Of a stretch of DNA of 64,000 nt, positions 18,406 to 26,713 are shown in pieces (positions within the stretch are counted from its first letter, which is position 1; every line of letters begins with the position of its first letter). The notes below the pieces were generated by a model. It did no database searches and was not told the origin of the DNA. It worked only from the letters and a program-made list of their open reading frames with translations. Both the position numbers and the translations under genes were made by a program. This DNA is from Spirochaeta isovalerica. GTDB lineage: Bacteria > Spirochaetota > Spirochaetia > DSM-2461. The stretch covers positions 8,359 to 72,358 of the forward strand of contig NZ_JACHGJ010000014.1 of assembly GCF_014207565.1 (NCBI RefSeq), written 5' to 3'.

Positions 18406-20289
18406 TCAGTACTCACCAAGCACTCTGAAGTCTACGGCTTTTTCCTTTATTGCGGAAAGAGCCGCTTCATATTGCGGCTTATCTTCGGGCATCTGAACAT
18501 CTATGTAGAATTTGTAGGACCAGGGTTTACCATGAATAGGCCTTGATTCCAGTTTTGTCATGTTCAGTTTATGATCGGAGAAAACAGAGAGGCAGCTGGT
18601 TAAGGCTCCCGGTTCATCGGAAACCGTCAGAATAAAAGATGCCTTTTGCGGTTTTTCTACCGCCACGAGCTCTTCTCTCATGATAATGAAAAAACGCGTG
18701 TAATTATTCGGATTGGTTTCGATCCCCTCTCTGACAATGGACATGCCATATAAATCAGCTGATTCGGCGCTTCCGATTGCGGCGCAACTCGGGTCTTCGA
18801 ATCTGTCCAGATCCGCGACAGCTCCTGCCGTATCATAATAGGGCACAGGTTCTATATTATGCTTCTTTAAAAACTCGGCACATTGGGCCAGAGCCTGGGG
18901 ATGGGAGTAGACCTTTTTAATATCTTTCAGATCGACTCCTTTGCGTCCTATCAGGTTGTGGCGTATCCGGACTTTAACCTCACCGGCAATCCGGATATCG
19001 GGATTGAGAGAAAGAAGGTCATAATTTTCCAGAATCGATCCGGCAAGTGAGTTTTCAATAGGAACGACTCCCCATCGGACATCGCCTTTCAATACGGAAT
19101 CAAAGACGTTTTTAAAGGTGTCGCAGGGCAGAGCGGAAACTTCATCATCATGAAAGGAAAGCATGACGGCTTTTTCGCTGTAGGCTCCCGGCTGTCCCTG
19201 AAATGCGACTTTCAGCTTCCCTTCGCCGCTTGCAAGGTTCTTTTCAATGGCTTCTTTTTCATTTATATGAGGCAATCTGGCCATCTCTTTACCCAGAACG
19301 GGAGCCAGAGCTTCAATATCGCAAATCAGTTTCTCCAGCTGCTCGGGGTAGAGCGACTGGGGTCCGTCAGACATGGCGTGATCGGGGTCGGTATGCATTT
19401 CAATAATGAGGCCGTTAGCACCGGCTGCGGCTCCGGCCAGGGCCATGGGGGAAACTTTGTCCCGGATTCCCGTCGCATGGGACGGATCGACGATAACCGG
19501 CAGATGGCTTAACTTTTTGATGACGGGAATGGCTGAAAGGTCCAGCGTGTTCCTCGTATAAGGCTCATAGGTCCTGATTCCCCGTTCGCAGAGAATAACA
19601 TCTTCCGTACCCGAGGCGAGTAGATATTCGGCTGCCATCAGCCACTCCTCGATGGTTGCCGACAAACCTCTTTTCAGAATAACGGGCATCCCCATGGAAC
19701 CGACAGTTTTAAGCAATTCGAAATTCTGCATATTTCTCGCGCCTATCTGATAGACGTCAATATAGTCCTTCATCATTAGCGCATCGCCGGGAGCGACAAC
19801 TTCCGTCACAACAGGCATTCCCGTGAGATCCCCGGCTTCCCGGAGATATTCCAGTCCTTCCCGGCCCAACCCCTGGAAGGAGTAGGGAGAAGTCCTCGGC
19901 TTGAAAGCCCCGCCTCTGAGCATAACGGCACCAGCCTCTTTCGCCGCCAGGGCGCTCGCGATAATCTGTTCCCGCGATTCAACAGCGCAGGGCCCGGCGA
20001 TGACGACGATACGGTTTCCCCCGATCTTTACCGGACCGATACTGATGACAGTGTCCTCTTTTTTCAATTCCCGCGATGCCAGCTTGTATGGTTTGTGGAT
20101 GGGAACGACTTTTTCCACCCCTTTCAGCAGCTCGACTTCTCTTTTGTCTATGGAGACGCTACCGACAGCACCGAATATGGTATCGTTCTCTCCGACGATT
20201 TCCCGGACTTTAAATCCTTTTGTCTCGAGAAAATGCCGTATTATCTCCTTGTCGGAATCACTAATGTTATTTTCAAGAACAACTACCAT
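18406..20289 (-). CDS. Fusion protein: ferredoxin-like regulatory domain + class I-beta DAHP synthase + prephenate dehydratase + ACT domain
   Basis: Residues ~1-90 resemble the regulatory N-domain of Thermotoga-type DAHPS. The DAHPS core has IVVIAGPCAVES, KPRTSPYSFQGLG and VDPSH. Downstream come a PDT domain (LKVAFQGQPGAYSE ... GVVPIENS) and an ACT domain with ESRPIHG. Confidence 0.85.
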   Translation of the reverse strand: MVVVLENNISDSDKEIIRHFLETKGFKVREIVGENDTIFGAVGSVSIDKREVELLKGVEKVVPIHKPYKLASRELKKEDTVISIGPVKIGGNRIVVIAGPCAVESREQIIASALAAKEAGAVMLRGGAFKPRTSPYSFQGLGREGLEYLREAGDLTGMPVVTEVVAPGDALMMKDYIDVYQIGARNMQNFELLKTVGSMGMPVILKRGLSATIEEWLMAAEYLLASGTEDVILCERGIRTYEPYTRNTLDLSAIPVIKKLSHLPVIVDPSHATGIRDKVSPMALAGAAAGANGLIIEMHTDPDHAMSDGPQSLYPEQLEKLICDIEALAPVLGKEMARLPHINEKEAIEKNLASGEGKLKVAFQGQPGAYSEKAVMLSFHDDEVSALPCDTFKNVFDSVLKGDVRWGVVPIENSLAGSILENYDLLSLNPDIRIAGEVKVRIRHNLIGRKGVDLKDIKKVYSHPQALAQCAEFLKKHNIEPVPYYDTAGAVADLDRFEDPSCAAIGSAESADLYGMSIVREGIETNPNNYTRFFIIMREELVAVEKPQKASFILTVSDEPGALTSCLSVFSDHKLNMTKLESRPIHGKPWSYKFYIDVQMPEDKPQYEAALSAIKEKAVDFRVLGEY

Positions 20290-20415
20290 ACCTTACTCCT
20301 TAAGCCCGCAGGCTGTTTCTGCGGATAATATCACAATAATATCAACCTGGCCGTCTGAGTCAACCACAGAAAGGTATATATGGATTTTTAATAGGCGATT
20401 CGTTATAAAATAGTT

Positions 20416-21363
20416 ATGAATAAAATTTCTATCGGCCGGAGCGGACTCATCAGCACAGAAGCGGTTTTCGGGACCTGGGCGCTCGGAGGCGAATACTGGG
20501 GTCCCCAGGACCACAGCGACTCCCTGAAAGCCATTCATGCCGCTATTCGGTCCGGGGTCAATCATTTCGATACGGCACCTGTGTACGGCAAAGGCCGGGC
20601 GGAAATGCTGATAGGTCAGCAGTTGCGGAAAAACAGGGCGGATTTTATTATAGCCGATAAGTGCTTTTACCGAGAACCGGAAGCTTTCGCCCGCAGTTTT
20701 GAAACAAGTCTTAAAAGGCTCAACACCGGATATATCGATATATTTTATATTCACTGGCCGGTGAGCGGGGCGGATATGCGGCCGGTTATGGAACTTCTTG
20801 AGAAGTACAGAAAAGAGGAAAGAATCCGCGCCGTCGGAGTCAGTAATTTTTCAGTGCCCCAGATGAGACATATAATGGAGGCAGGAACTATAGACATAGC
20901 CCAGTTCGGCTATAATCTCCTCTGGCGTAAAGAGGAAGAGGAACTGATCCCCTTCTGCAGGGAGAACGAAATCACGACAGCAGCCTACTCCATTCTGGCT
21001 CAGGGCATTCTTACGGGAAAATTTCTCCAAATACCCAAGCGGGAAGATTTCGAATGGAGACGAAAACTCGTTCTCTTTGATGAAGATGTATTTCCCGAAA
21101 TAAGAAAAGAGATTCATTATTTGACAGAAATAGCGGAAAAGTATGATTTATCTGCTGCCGAAGCATCAATATTATGGACAAAAGAGAATGAACTGATAGA
21201 TTGTAGTATACTGGGTTGTAGAAACCGGTCTCAGGCTGATGAAAACCTGAAACCCTTTTCCCGCACTTTGAACAGCAGTCTTGCGGATGAACTGAATAAC
21301 CTGTCCGACAGGATCAGACCTCTGATTCCCCGGGAAGATAATATATTCCGCCACAAGACCTGA
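20416..21363 (+). CDS. Aldo/keto reductase family oxidoreductase
   Basis: GTWALGG, FDTAPVYG and a LIGQQL-type catalytic region. Length is 315 aa. Confidence 0.85.
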   Translation: MNKISIGRSGLISTEAVFGTWALGGEYWGPQDHSDSLKAIHAAIRSGVNHFDTAPVYGKGRAEMLIGQQLRKNRADFIIADKCFYREPEAFARSFETSLKRLNTGYIDIFYIHWPVSGADMRPVMELLEKYRKEERIRAVGVSNFSVPQMRHIMEAGTIDIAQFGYNLLWRKEEEELIPFCRENEITTAAYSILAQGILTGKFLQIPKREDFEWRRKLVLFDEDVFPEIRKEIHYLTEIAEKYDLSAAEASILWTKENELIDCSILGCRNRSQADENLKPFSRTLNSSLADELNNLSDRIRPLIPREDNIFRHKT

Positions 21364-21376
21364 AACAGGATAGACA

Positions 21377-22936
21377 ATGAAGAAATTTATCATATCTTTT
21401 ATCATTATTACGGCATTTTCGGGATTATGGGCGCAGAATGAGTTTTCCGCTGTCTTTTCAGAAGTGGATATCAACTTCAATCCCCATAAAACCTTTACAT
21501 CAACAGAAGCCCAGCTTTATACAGCCGTATTCGAAGGACTGGTTACCTACCACCCGAGAACTCTGGAGCCTCTCCCCGCGGCTGCCCGGTCATGGGAGAT
21601 TTCGGAAGACGGGCTGACCTATACGTTCAAGTTGAGACGGGACCTGAAGTACAGCAACGGCGACAGGTTGACAGCTGAACACTTCAGAACCAGCTGGCTT
21701 CAGCTCATGTCTCCTGAAAGCGGATCGGATTACGGATCTCTGCTCGATATCGTCGTCAACGGCGCGGCATATCGCAACGGCGAGGCAGATGCTTCCGAAG
21801 TGGGAATTGTCGCGGAATCGGAAAGCGTTCTGAAGGTCACCCTTGAGCACAGAGCTCCCTATCTCCTGAAAGTTCTCTGCCACCACTCTTTTTCCCCTGT
21901 TCACCCGGATTTTTTCGAATCGAAAGGGACCGGCCTTATTGTAAACGGACCGTATCGTTTTGAGGAAATCGGCGATGGCCGTATCGTATTCCGGAAAAAT
22001 GAAAACTACTGGGATGAAGAAAATGTTGAAATCGAACAGCTGAATATAATATTCAACGATGATCCTGTTCAGAATTCCCTGGATTTCGTCAGAAATAAAA
22101 CAGACTGGCTTGCCGACGGTTTTGATCTGTCCGTTCTCAATGTGGATGAAGCCATTGTTTTCAATCCGCTTTTCTCTACGACTTATCTATTCTTTTCCAA
22201 TAGAAACAAAGTCTGGAGCAACGGGAATGTGCGCAAAGCCCTGGCTCTTCTTCTCCCCTGGGAAAAAATAAGATCTCTGCAGATGATCCCCGGCTCTACG
22301 CTCATCCCATCCATTCCCGATTATCCTGTTGCTGAAGGGATAAAGAGCTCCGATACGGAACAGGCCATGGCCCTTCTGAAACAGGAAGGTTATGAAAACG
22401 GGGAAGGTCTTCCTCCCGTTCTGTTAAGGCTGCCCAGATCGGAAAGCATGATGCAGATCGGCGAGATGATTCAGGACAGCTGGAAAGAGCATCTGAACAT
22501 CGATGTAAACATTCTCAGCGAACCCTATCCTTATTACTTCAGTTCCCTGAAAAAAGATGATTATACTATCGGAGCCCTGACCTGGATTGGAGATTACGCC
22601 GATCCCATGACTTTTCTGGAAATGTGGCTGCAAACGAGTACTTTGAACGATGCCGGCTTCTCCGACAGCGGATATGATGAGAAAATCAGAAAATCTTCGG
22701 CTGACAATAGGGAAAACCGTTACAAACTTATGAGCGAGGCTGAAAAGATTCTCCTGGATTCGGCTCAGGTCATGCCTCTGGGGCACTCGCCGGCATTAAA
22801 TATTATCGATCTGAGATTTATTGACGGATGGTATCCCAATGTCCTGGATATCCATCCCTTTAAGTATCTGAAATTCAAGTCGGATTTCCAGATTCCCGGA
22901 GTCGTTTCCACCGGTCAGTTATACTCAAACACCTGA
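21377..22936 (+). CDS. ABC transporter substrate-binding protein, family 5 (peptide/nickel, OppA-like), secreted
   Basis: Signal peptide MKKFIISFIIITAFSGLWA and a 519-aa SBP_bac_5-like fold. The start lies 14 nt after the AKR gene. Confidence 0.75.
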   Translation: MKKFIISFIIITAFSGLWAQNEFSAVFSEVDINFNPHKTFTSTEAQLYTAVFEGLVTYHPRTLEPLPAAARSWEISEDGLTYTFKLRRDLKYSNGDRLTAEHFRTSWLQLMSPESGSDYGSLLDIVVNGAAYRNGEADASEVGIVAESESVLKVTLEHRAPYLLKVLCHHSFSPVHPDFFESKGTGLIVNGPYRFEEIGDGRIVFRKNENYWDEENVEIEQLNIIFNDDPVQNSLDFVRNKTDWLADGFDLSVLNVDEAIVFNPLFSTTYLFFSNRNKVWSNGNVRKALALLLPWEKIRSLQMIPGSTLIPSIPDYPVAEGIKSSDTEQAMALLKQEGYENGEGLPPVLLRLPRSESMMQIGEMIQDSWKEHLNIDVNILSEPYPYYFSSLKKDDYTIGALTWIGDYADPMTFLEMWLQTSTLNDAGFSDSGYDEKIRKSSADNRENRYKLMSEAEKILLDSAQVMPLGHSPALNIIDLRFIDGWYPNVLDIHPFKYLKFKSDFQIPGVVSTGQLYSNT

Positions 22937-22977
22937 GGCGCGAGACTCGCAGCGCCGAACTGGCAGGGTACCAACTA

Positions 22978-23376
22978 TCAGTTATACTCAAAGACCTGAA
23001 GCTGGAGAAGATAAACATCTGTCACATTCCCCTCGATGAGCACCTCGTTGACCGCCTCTTTTATCATCTGACGGAGTTCCGGCTGATTTTCAATGAGAAA
23101 CTGCTCTTCTTTCAGCGAGCTTAGGAGAGTGCGGATCACATCGGTGAGTTGATTTTTACGTTTATTGAGTTCTGTCTGAATTTTTTTATCCCCCTGTGGA
23201 TACCCCAGGTCAACTTTGACATTGTAAACCTTTGGTTTTTCATCACGGGTCATACCCTGAATCATGGGAATATTTTTATAGTAGGAATTGATGGGGTTCT
23301 CTTTCTCTCCGCAACTGAGAAAAAGAGCCGTTGTCAGTAAAAGTGTCAGCACAGCCAGTCTCTTCATATGGACCAT
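22978..23376 (-). CDS. FliL-like flagellar basal-body-associated lipoprotein
   Basis: Lipobox LFLSCG. The C-terminal region VKVDLGYP...IRTLLSSLKEEQF...EAVNEVL..GNVTDVYLLQLQV follows the FliL family pattern. The true start is probably the internal MKRLAV at 23367. Confidence 0.5.
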   Translation of the reverse strand: MVHMKRLAVLTLLLTTALFLSCGEKENPINSYYKNIPMIQGMTRDEKPKVYNVKVDLGYPQGDKKIQTELNKRKNQLTDVIRTLLSSLKEEQFLIENQPELRQMIKEAVNEVLIEGNVTDVYLLQLQVFEYN

Positions 23377-23483
23377 TCTACCTTATCTGCCTCCTTTTGT
23401 CGTCTATGGAGAGCTATCCGATTAAAGCATAATTGAAGGACACATATTTGACTAGCCGAAATTAATTGTTTATACTGGCGATA

Positions 23484-24002
23484 ATGGAAAAAAAATCAGC
23501 CAATGACACCCTCTTCTCCGAGGGGCAGACTATCGTATACCCGCTTCAGGGTGTGGGAAAAATCACGGAAATTTTCAAGAAAGAATTCAAAGGTAACGAG
23601 ATCCTTTATTATAACATATACCTCGAAGTTTCCGACATGACCGTCATGGTTCCCGTTGATAAAGCGGAAGAATTGGGAATCAGGGCCATCGTATCCACAA
23701 AGGATTCCGAGAAGGCTCTGGAATTGATTTCCCAGCCTAACGAACCGGTCACAGGCGACTGGAAAATGCGCTATCAGATGAATCTCGATCTGCTGAAAAG
23801 CGGAAGCGTTCTCGATATCGCTGTAGTTGTCCGCTCACTCTACCATCGCAGCAAAGTGAAAGAGCTGCCTATTCTGGAAAGAAAGATTTTCGATACGGCA
23901 CTGAAACTTCTCATAGATGAAATCGCTTCATCCCTGTCTAAAAGCACAGAGGATACGGAAGAGATGATCTTCAGCCGACTGGAAGCCGAGACAGAAGAAT
24001 GA
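23484..24002 (+). CDS. carD: CarD/CdnL-family RNA-polymerase-binding transcription factor
   Basis: N-terminal FSEGQTIVYPLQGVGKITEI is the CarD_TRCF RNAP-interacting domain. The track ORF starts at an upstream TTG at 23466, and the ATG at 23484 looks more plausible. The stop overlaps the ispD start. Confidence 0.75.
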   Translation: MEKKSANDTLFSEGQTIVYPLQGVGKITEIFKKEFKGNEILYYNIYLEVSDMTVMVPVDKAEELGIRAIVSTKDSEKALELISQPNEPVTGDWKMRYQMNLDLLKSGSVLDIAVVVRSLYHRSKVKELPILERKIFDTALKLLIDEIASSLSKSTEDTEEMIFSRLEAETEE

Positions 24003-24649
24003 GAGCCGCTGCTATCATAACAGCGGCAGGTTCTGGTAGCAGAATGGAGATAAGCACCAATAAGGTGCTGCTCCCCTTTGGCGGAGGTACCGTTGTTGAA
24101 GCGGCGGTACTGCCATTCGCCAATCCCGATAAATTTCAGAAAATCATTATAACTTACTCCCCTGCTGACAAAGCCCGGCTTCAGGAAGTGCTTAAAGATA
24201 TAGCAGTGCCTGTTCAATTCGTTGAAGGTGGATCGACCAGACAGGAATCGGTATATAAGGGCCTGGAAGCTCTCGCCACCGATAATCCCGGAGTGGTTCT
24301 GATTCACGACGCCGCCCGTCCATGGCTTACGGAAGAACTGGTAGCCGCTGTTCTCGAACAGGCGGAAAAGACAGGCTCTTCCGTCCCCGTAGTCCCTTCG
24401 ATTAATGCCATGAAAGTGGTTGATGAAAAGGGACTGATTCTCCATCACCTGAAAAGAGAGCAGACTTTTTCTGCACAGACACCTCAGGGATTCAGCTATA
24501 CGGGGATACTCGAGGCTCACATAAAAGCCGGGAAAGAAAACTTCAGCGCCATAGATGACACGGAATTATGGGACCGCTACAAAGGACCTGTTTCAACCAT
24601 TCCCGGAGATACAGCCAATAAGAAAATAACCTATAAAGGGGATCTCTAG
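23999..24649 (+). CDS. ispD: 2-C-methyl-D-erythritol 4-phosphate cytidylyltransferase
   Basis: IITAAGSGSRM and VLIHDAARP motifs. The start overlaps carD by 4 nt, reproducing the conserved carD-ispD-ispF arrangement. Confidence 0.9.
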   Translation: MRAAAIITAAGSGSRMEISTNKVLLPFGGGTVVEAAVLPFANPDKFQKIIITYSPADKARLQEVLKDIAVPVQFVEGGSTRQESVYKGLEALATDNPGVVLIHDAARPWLTEELVAAVLEQAEKTGSSVPVVPSINAMKVVDEKGLILHHLKREQTFSAQTPQGFSYTGILEAHIKAGKENFSAIDDTELWDRYKGPVSTIPGDTANKKITYKGDL

Positions 24650-24652
24650 GGG

Positions 24653-25126
24653 ATGAGAATTGGTTTCGGATATGACCTGCACAAACTCAAAACCGGTCGA
24701 AAACTGATGATCGGAGGAGTCCATATCCCCTGCGACTTCGGAGAAGAAGCCCATTCCGACGGAGATGTTCTGCTTCACGCGGTAATCGATGCTCTGTTCG
24801 GAGCTATCGCTGAGGGTGATATCGGCAGCCACTTTCCACCGAGCGACATCCGCTGGAAAGATGTCAGCAGCCTTGTTCTGCTGAAAAAAACAATGGAAAT
24901 TATTAGAGAAAGAAAATTCAGCCTGATAAACCTCGATTGTACTGTCGTTCTCGAAAAACCGAAGCTCCTTCCTTACAAAGAAGAGATTCGCCAAACCATG
25001 GCCGATGCCCTGGGGACAGATATAAGCCGGATATCCGTAAAAGGAAAAACAAAGGAAAAAGTAGATGCGGTTGGCCGGGGCGAAGCCATCGAAGCCTACG
25101 CTTCACTGCTTCTCGCCTCCGATTAA
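24653..25126 (+). CDS. ispF: 2-C-methyl-D-erythritol 2,4-cyclodiphosphate synthase
   Basis: IGFGYDLHKL and HSDGDVLLHAVIDALFGA motifs. Length is 157 aa. Confidence 0.92.
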   Translation: MRIGFGYDLHKLKTGRKLMIGGVHIPCDFGEEAHSDGDVLLHAVIDALFGAIAEGDIGSHFPPSDIRWKDVSSLVLLKKTMEIIRERKFSLINLDCTVVLEKPKLLPYKEEIRQTMADALGTDISRISVKGKTKEKVDAVGRGEAIEAYASLLLASD

Positions 25127-26709
25127 CTGTCGCTTAAGAGACTTTTTCTGCTGAAACGCTCTTCGTTCAGGCGATTACCCAGCCTGTCATATTCAAAACG
25201 GGACATGGCAATACCCTCGTTGTTCTCGACTATCTGTTCATCGATGCCGTAGTTGGTCACACTGATTTCCTTACCGCGGTAGTCTCGATCCCATTTGATA
25301 ATGGCGACACCCTTATTATCAGCTTTCAACTGGCCGTATAATCCGAAATTTCGCTCCTCGATAACAAAGCCGAAATTATCATATGACCAGGTTTTCATAA
25401 ACACACCTGTTGTATTGGTCACGGCCTCCTGGTTCTCATCGTAATACCGTACGGCTGTCCGGTTTCCCTTATCATCATACTGCCACTTGATAACAGCGAC
25501 GCCCATGGAATCCTTTATGAGAACATTATAATCCGAATAGTGTTCCGAGCTGGTCATGAGCCCTCTCTCGTTATAGGCCCACTTATAAATGGATATGCCC
25601 CAGGGATCTTCCTTCAGCTCATTATCGAGTCCGTAGTGCTTCTCTTCAAGCTTATTGCCCATAGCATCGTAAACCCATCGGTAGGAAGCCAGCCCCATAT
25701 CATCCTCTACAGGATTTTCCCTGGCATCGAGATTATACATTTCCAGCTCATTTCCCTGTTTGTAATGGGTCCAGGTGTATATGGTCACTCCGTGTTCATC
25801 GGGAGTCAGAACTCCCCAGCGGTTGTAGTGCTCTTCACGGATGCGGTTGCCAAACTCATCGTAAGCCCATTTATAGGTAGCGACCCCGCGGTTGTCCTCA
25901 AAAGGGCGGTAAGCCGTATTCATATTGGTCTTTTCCATCAGATATCCATTGGAATCATAGATGAATGATGATGCAGATGTTCCCGTGTTATCCACAGCCG
26001 GCTTCCGATCTTTATCGAAACGGCGTTCCATAACCATATTGCCGTCGCTGTCCCAGGTGTAATTGTAGAAGGCGATTCCTGTACGGGTTGAATTGACCGG
26101 CTTTCCGTCCCGCCCGAAAGCTCCCCGCTCGATAACGTTGCCCCGGGCATCATATTTGTAGAAATCCTGAAAGGTTCCATGAGCATCGGTTATGCGGTTG
26201 CCGAAGGCGTCGAGGAAAAAGGAGCTGATGCGGTGTCCTTCCTTATCCAGGGTCCAGATTTCAGCGGAGACTCCGTCTTTATTCGGTTTCAGGTTACCCA
26301 GCCTATCGTAAAAGAAGACGGCTGTTGTCTTTCCCCATTCATCGAGCCTGAGACGTATGGAATAGGCATCAGTCCGGTTGTTTGGAACCGGATTCCCGGA
26401 GCTGTCTTTATATCGGTATCGGATATAATTGTCCTCGTACTCCACATCGACAGATTGCGCTCCCAGAACGGGATCCAGGCTGACTCTTCCATTGATCAGG
26501 TACTCCACGGATACGAGCCTTCCCTTCTTGAAACCGAGCCGATAACTGTTTACCTCTTTCTCCGTTTCGCTGTCGAGGGGAGACACCCCGTGTATCCTGT
26601 ACATTCCATCCTGCCTGACGGAGCGGAAATAGAGATATTCCTCCCCACCGGCAAATAGAGTCATATTGATTAATATCATCAGGGCTGCAATGAGTCGCGA
26701 TTTCTTCAT
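25123..26709 (-). CDS. Secreted protein with about 12 degenerate ~38-aa YD-like tandem repeats
   Basis: Signal peptide MKKSRLIAALMILINMTLFAG. Repeat units are of the form xxGxxxYKWxYDxxGNxxxExxY, for example YKWAYDEFGNRIREEHY, YRWVYDAMGNKLEEKHY and IKWQYDDKGNRTAVRYY. Confidence 0.65.
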   Translation of the reverse strand: MKKSRLIAALMILINMTLFAGGEEYLYFRSVRQDGMYRIHGVSPLDSETEKEVNSYRLGFKKGRLVSVEYLINGRVSLDPVLGAQSVDVEYEDNYIRYRYKDSSGNPVPNNRTDAYSIRLRLDEWGKTTAVFFYDRLGNLKPNKDGVSAEIWTLDKEGHRISSFFLDAFGNRITDAHGTFQDFYKYDARGNVIERGAFGRDGKPVNSTRTGIAFYNYTWDSDGNMVMERRFDKDRKPAVDNTGTSASSFIYDSNGYLMEKTNMNTAYRPFEDNRGVATYKWAYDEFGNRIREEHYNRWGVLTPDEHGVTIYTWTHYKQGNELEMYNLDARENPVEDDMGLASYRWVYDAMGNKLEEKHYGLDNELKEDPWGISIYKWAYNERGLMTSSEHYSDYNVLIKDSMGVAVIKWQYDDKGNRTAVRYYDENQEAVTNTTGVFMKTWSYDNFGFVIEERNFGLYGQLKADNKGVAIIKWDRDYRGKEISVTNYGIDEQIVENNEGIAMSRFEYDRLGNRLNEERFSRKSLLSDS

Positions 26710-26713
26710 GTGA

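Noticed and set aside
19901-20413. 170-aa plus-strand ORF inside the DAHPS-PDT gene
   Set aside because: Antisense shadow of the conserved DAHPS domain.
20290-20415. Possible leader, T-box or attenuator for the DAHPS-PDT gene (hairpin CCGCAGgctgtttCTGCGG)
   Set aside because: The region is only 126 nt, too short for a T-box. No specifier or T-box consensus is recognisable. A single 6-bp hairpin is insufficient evidence.
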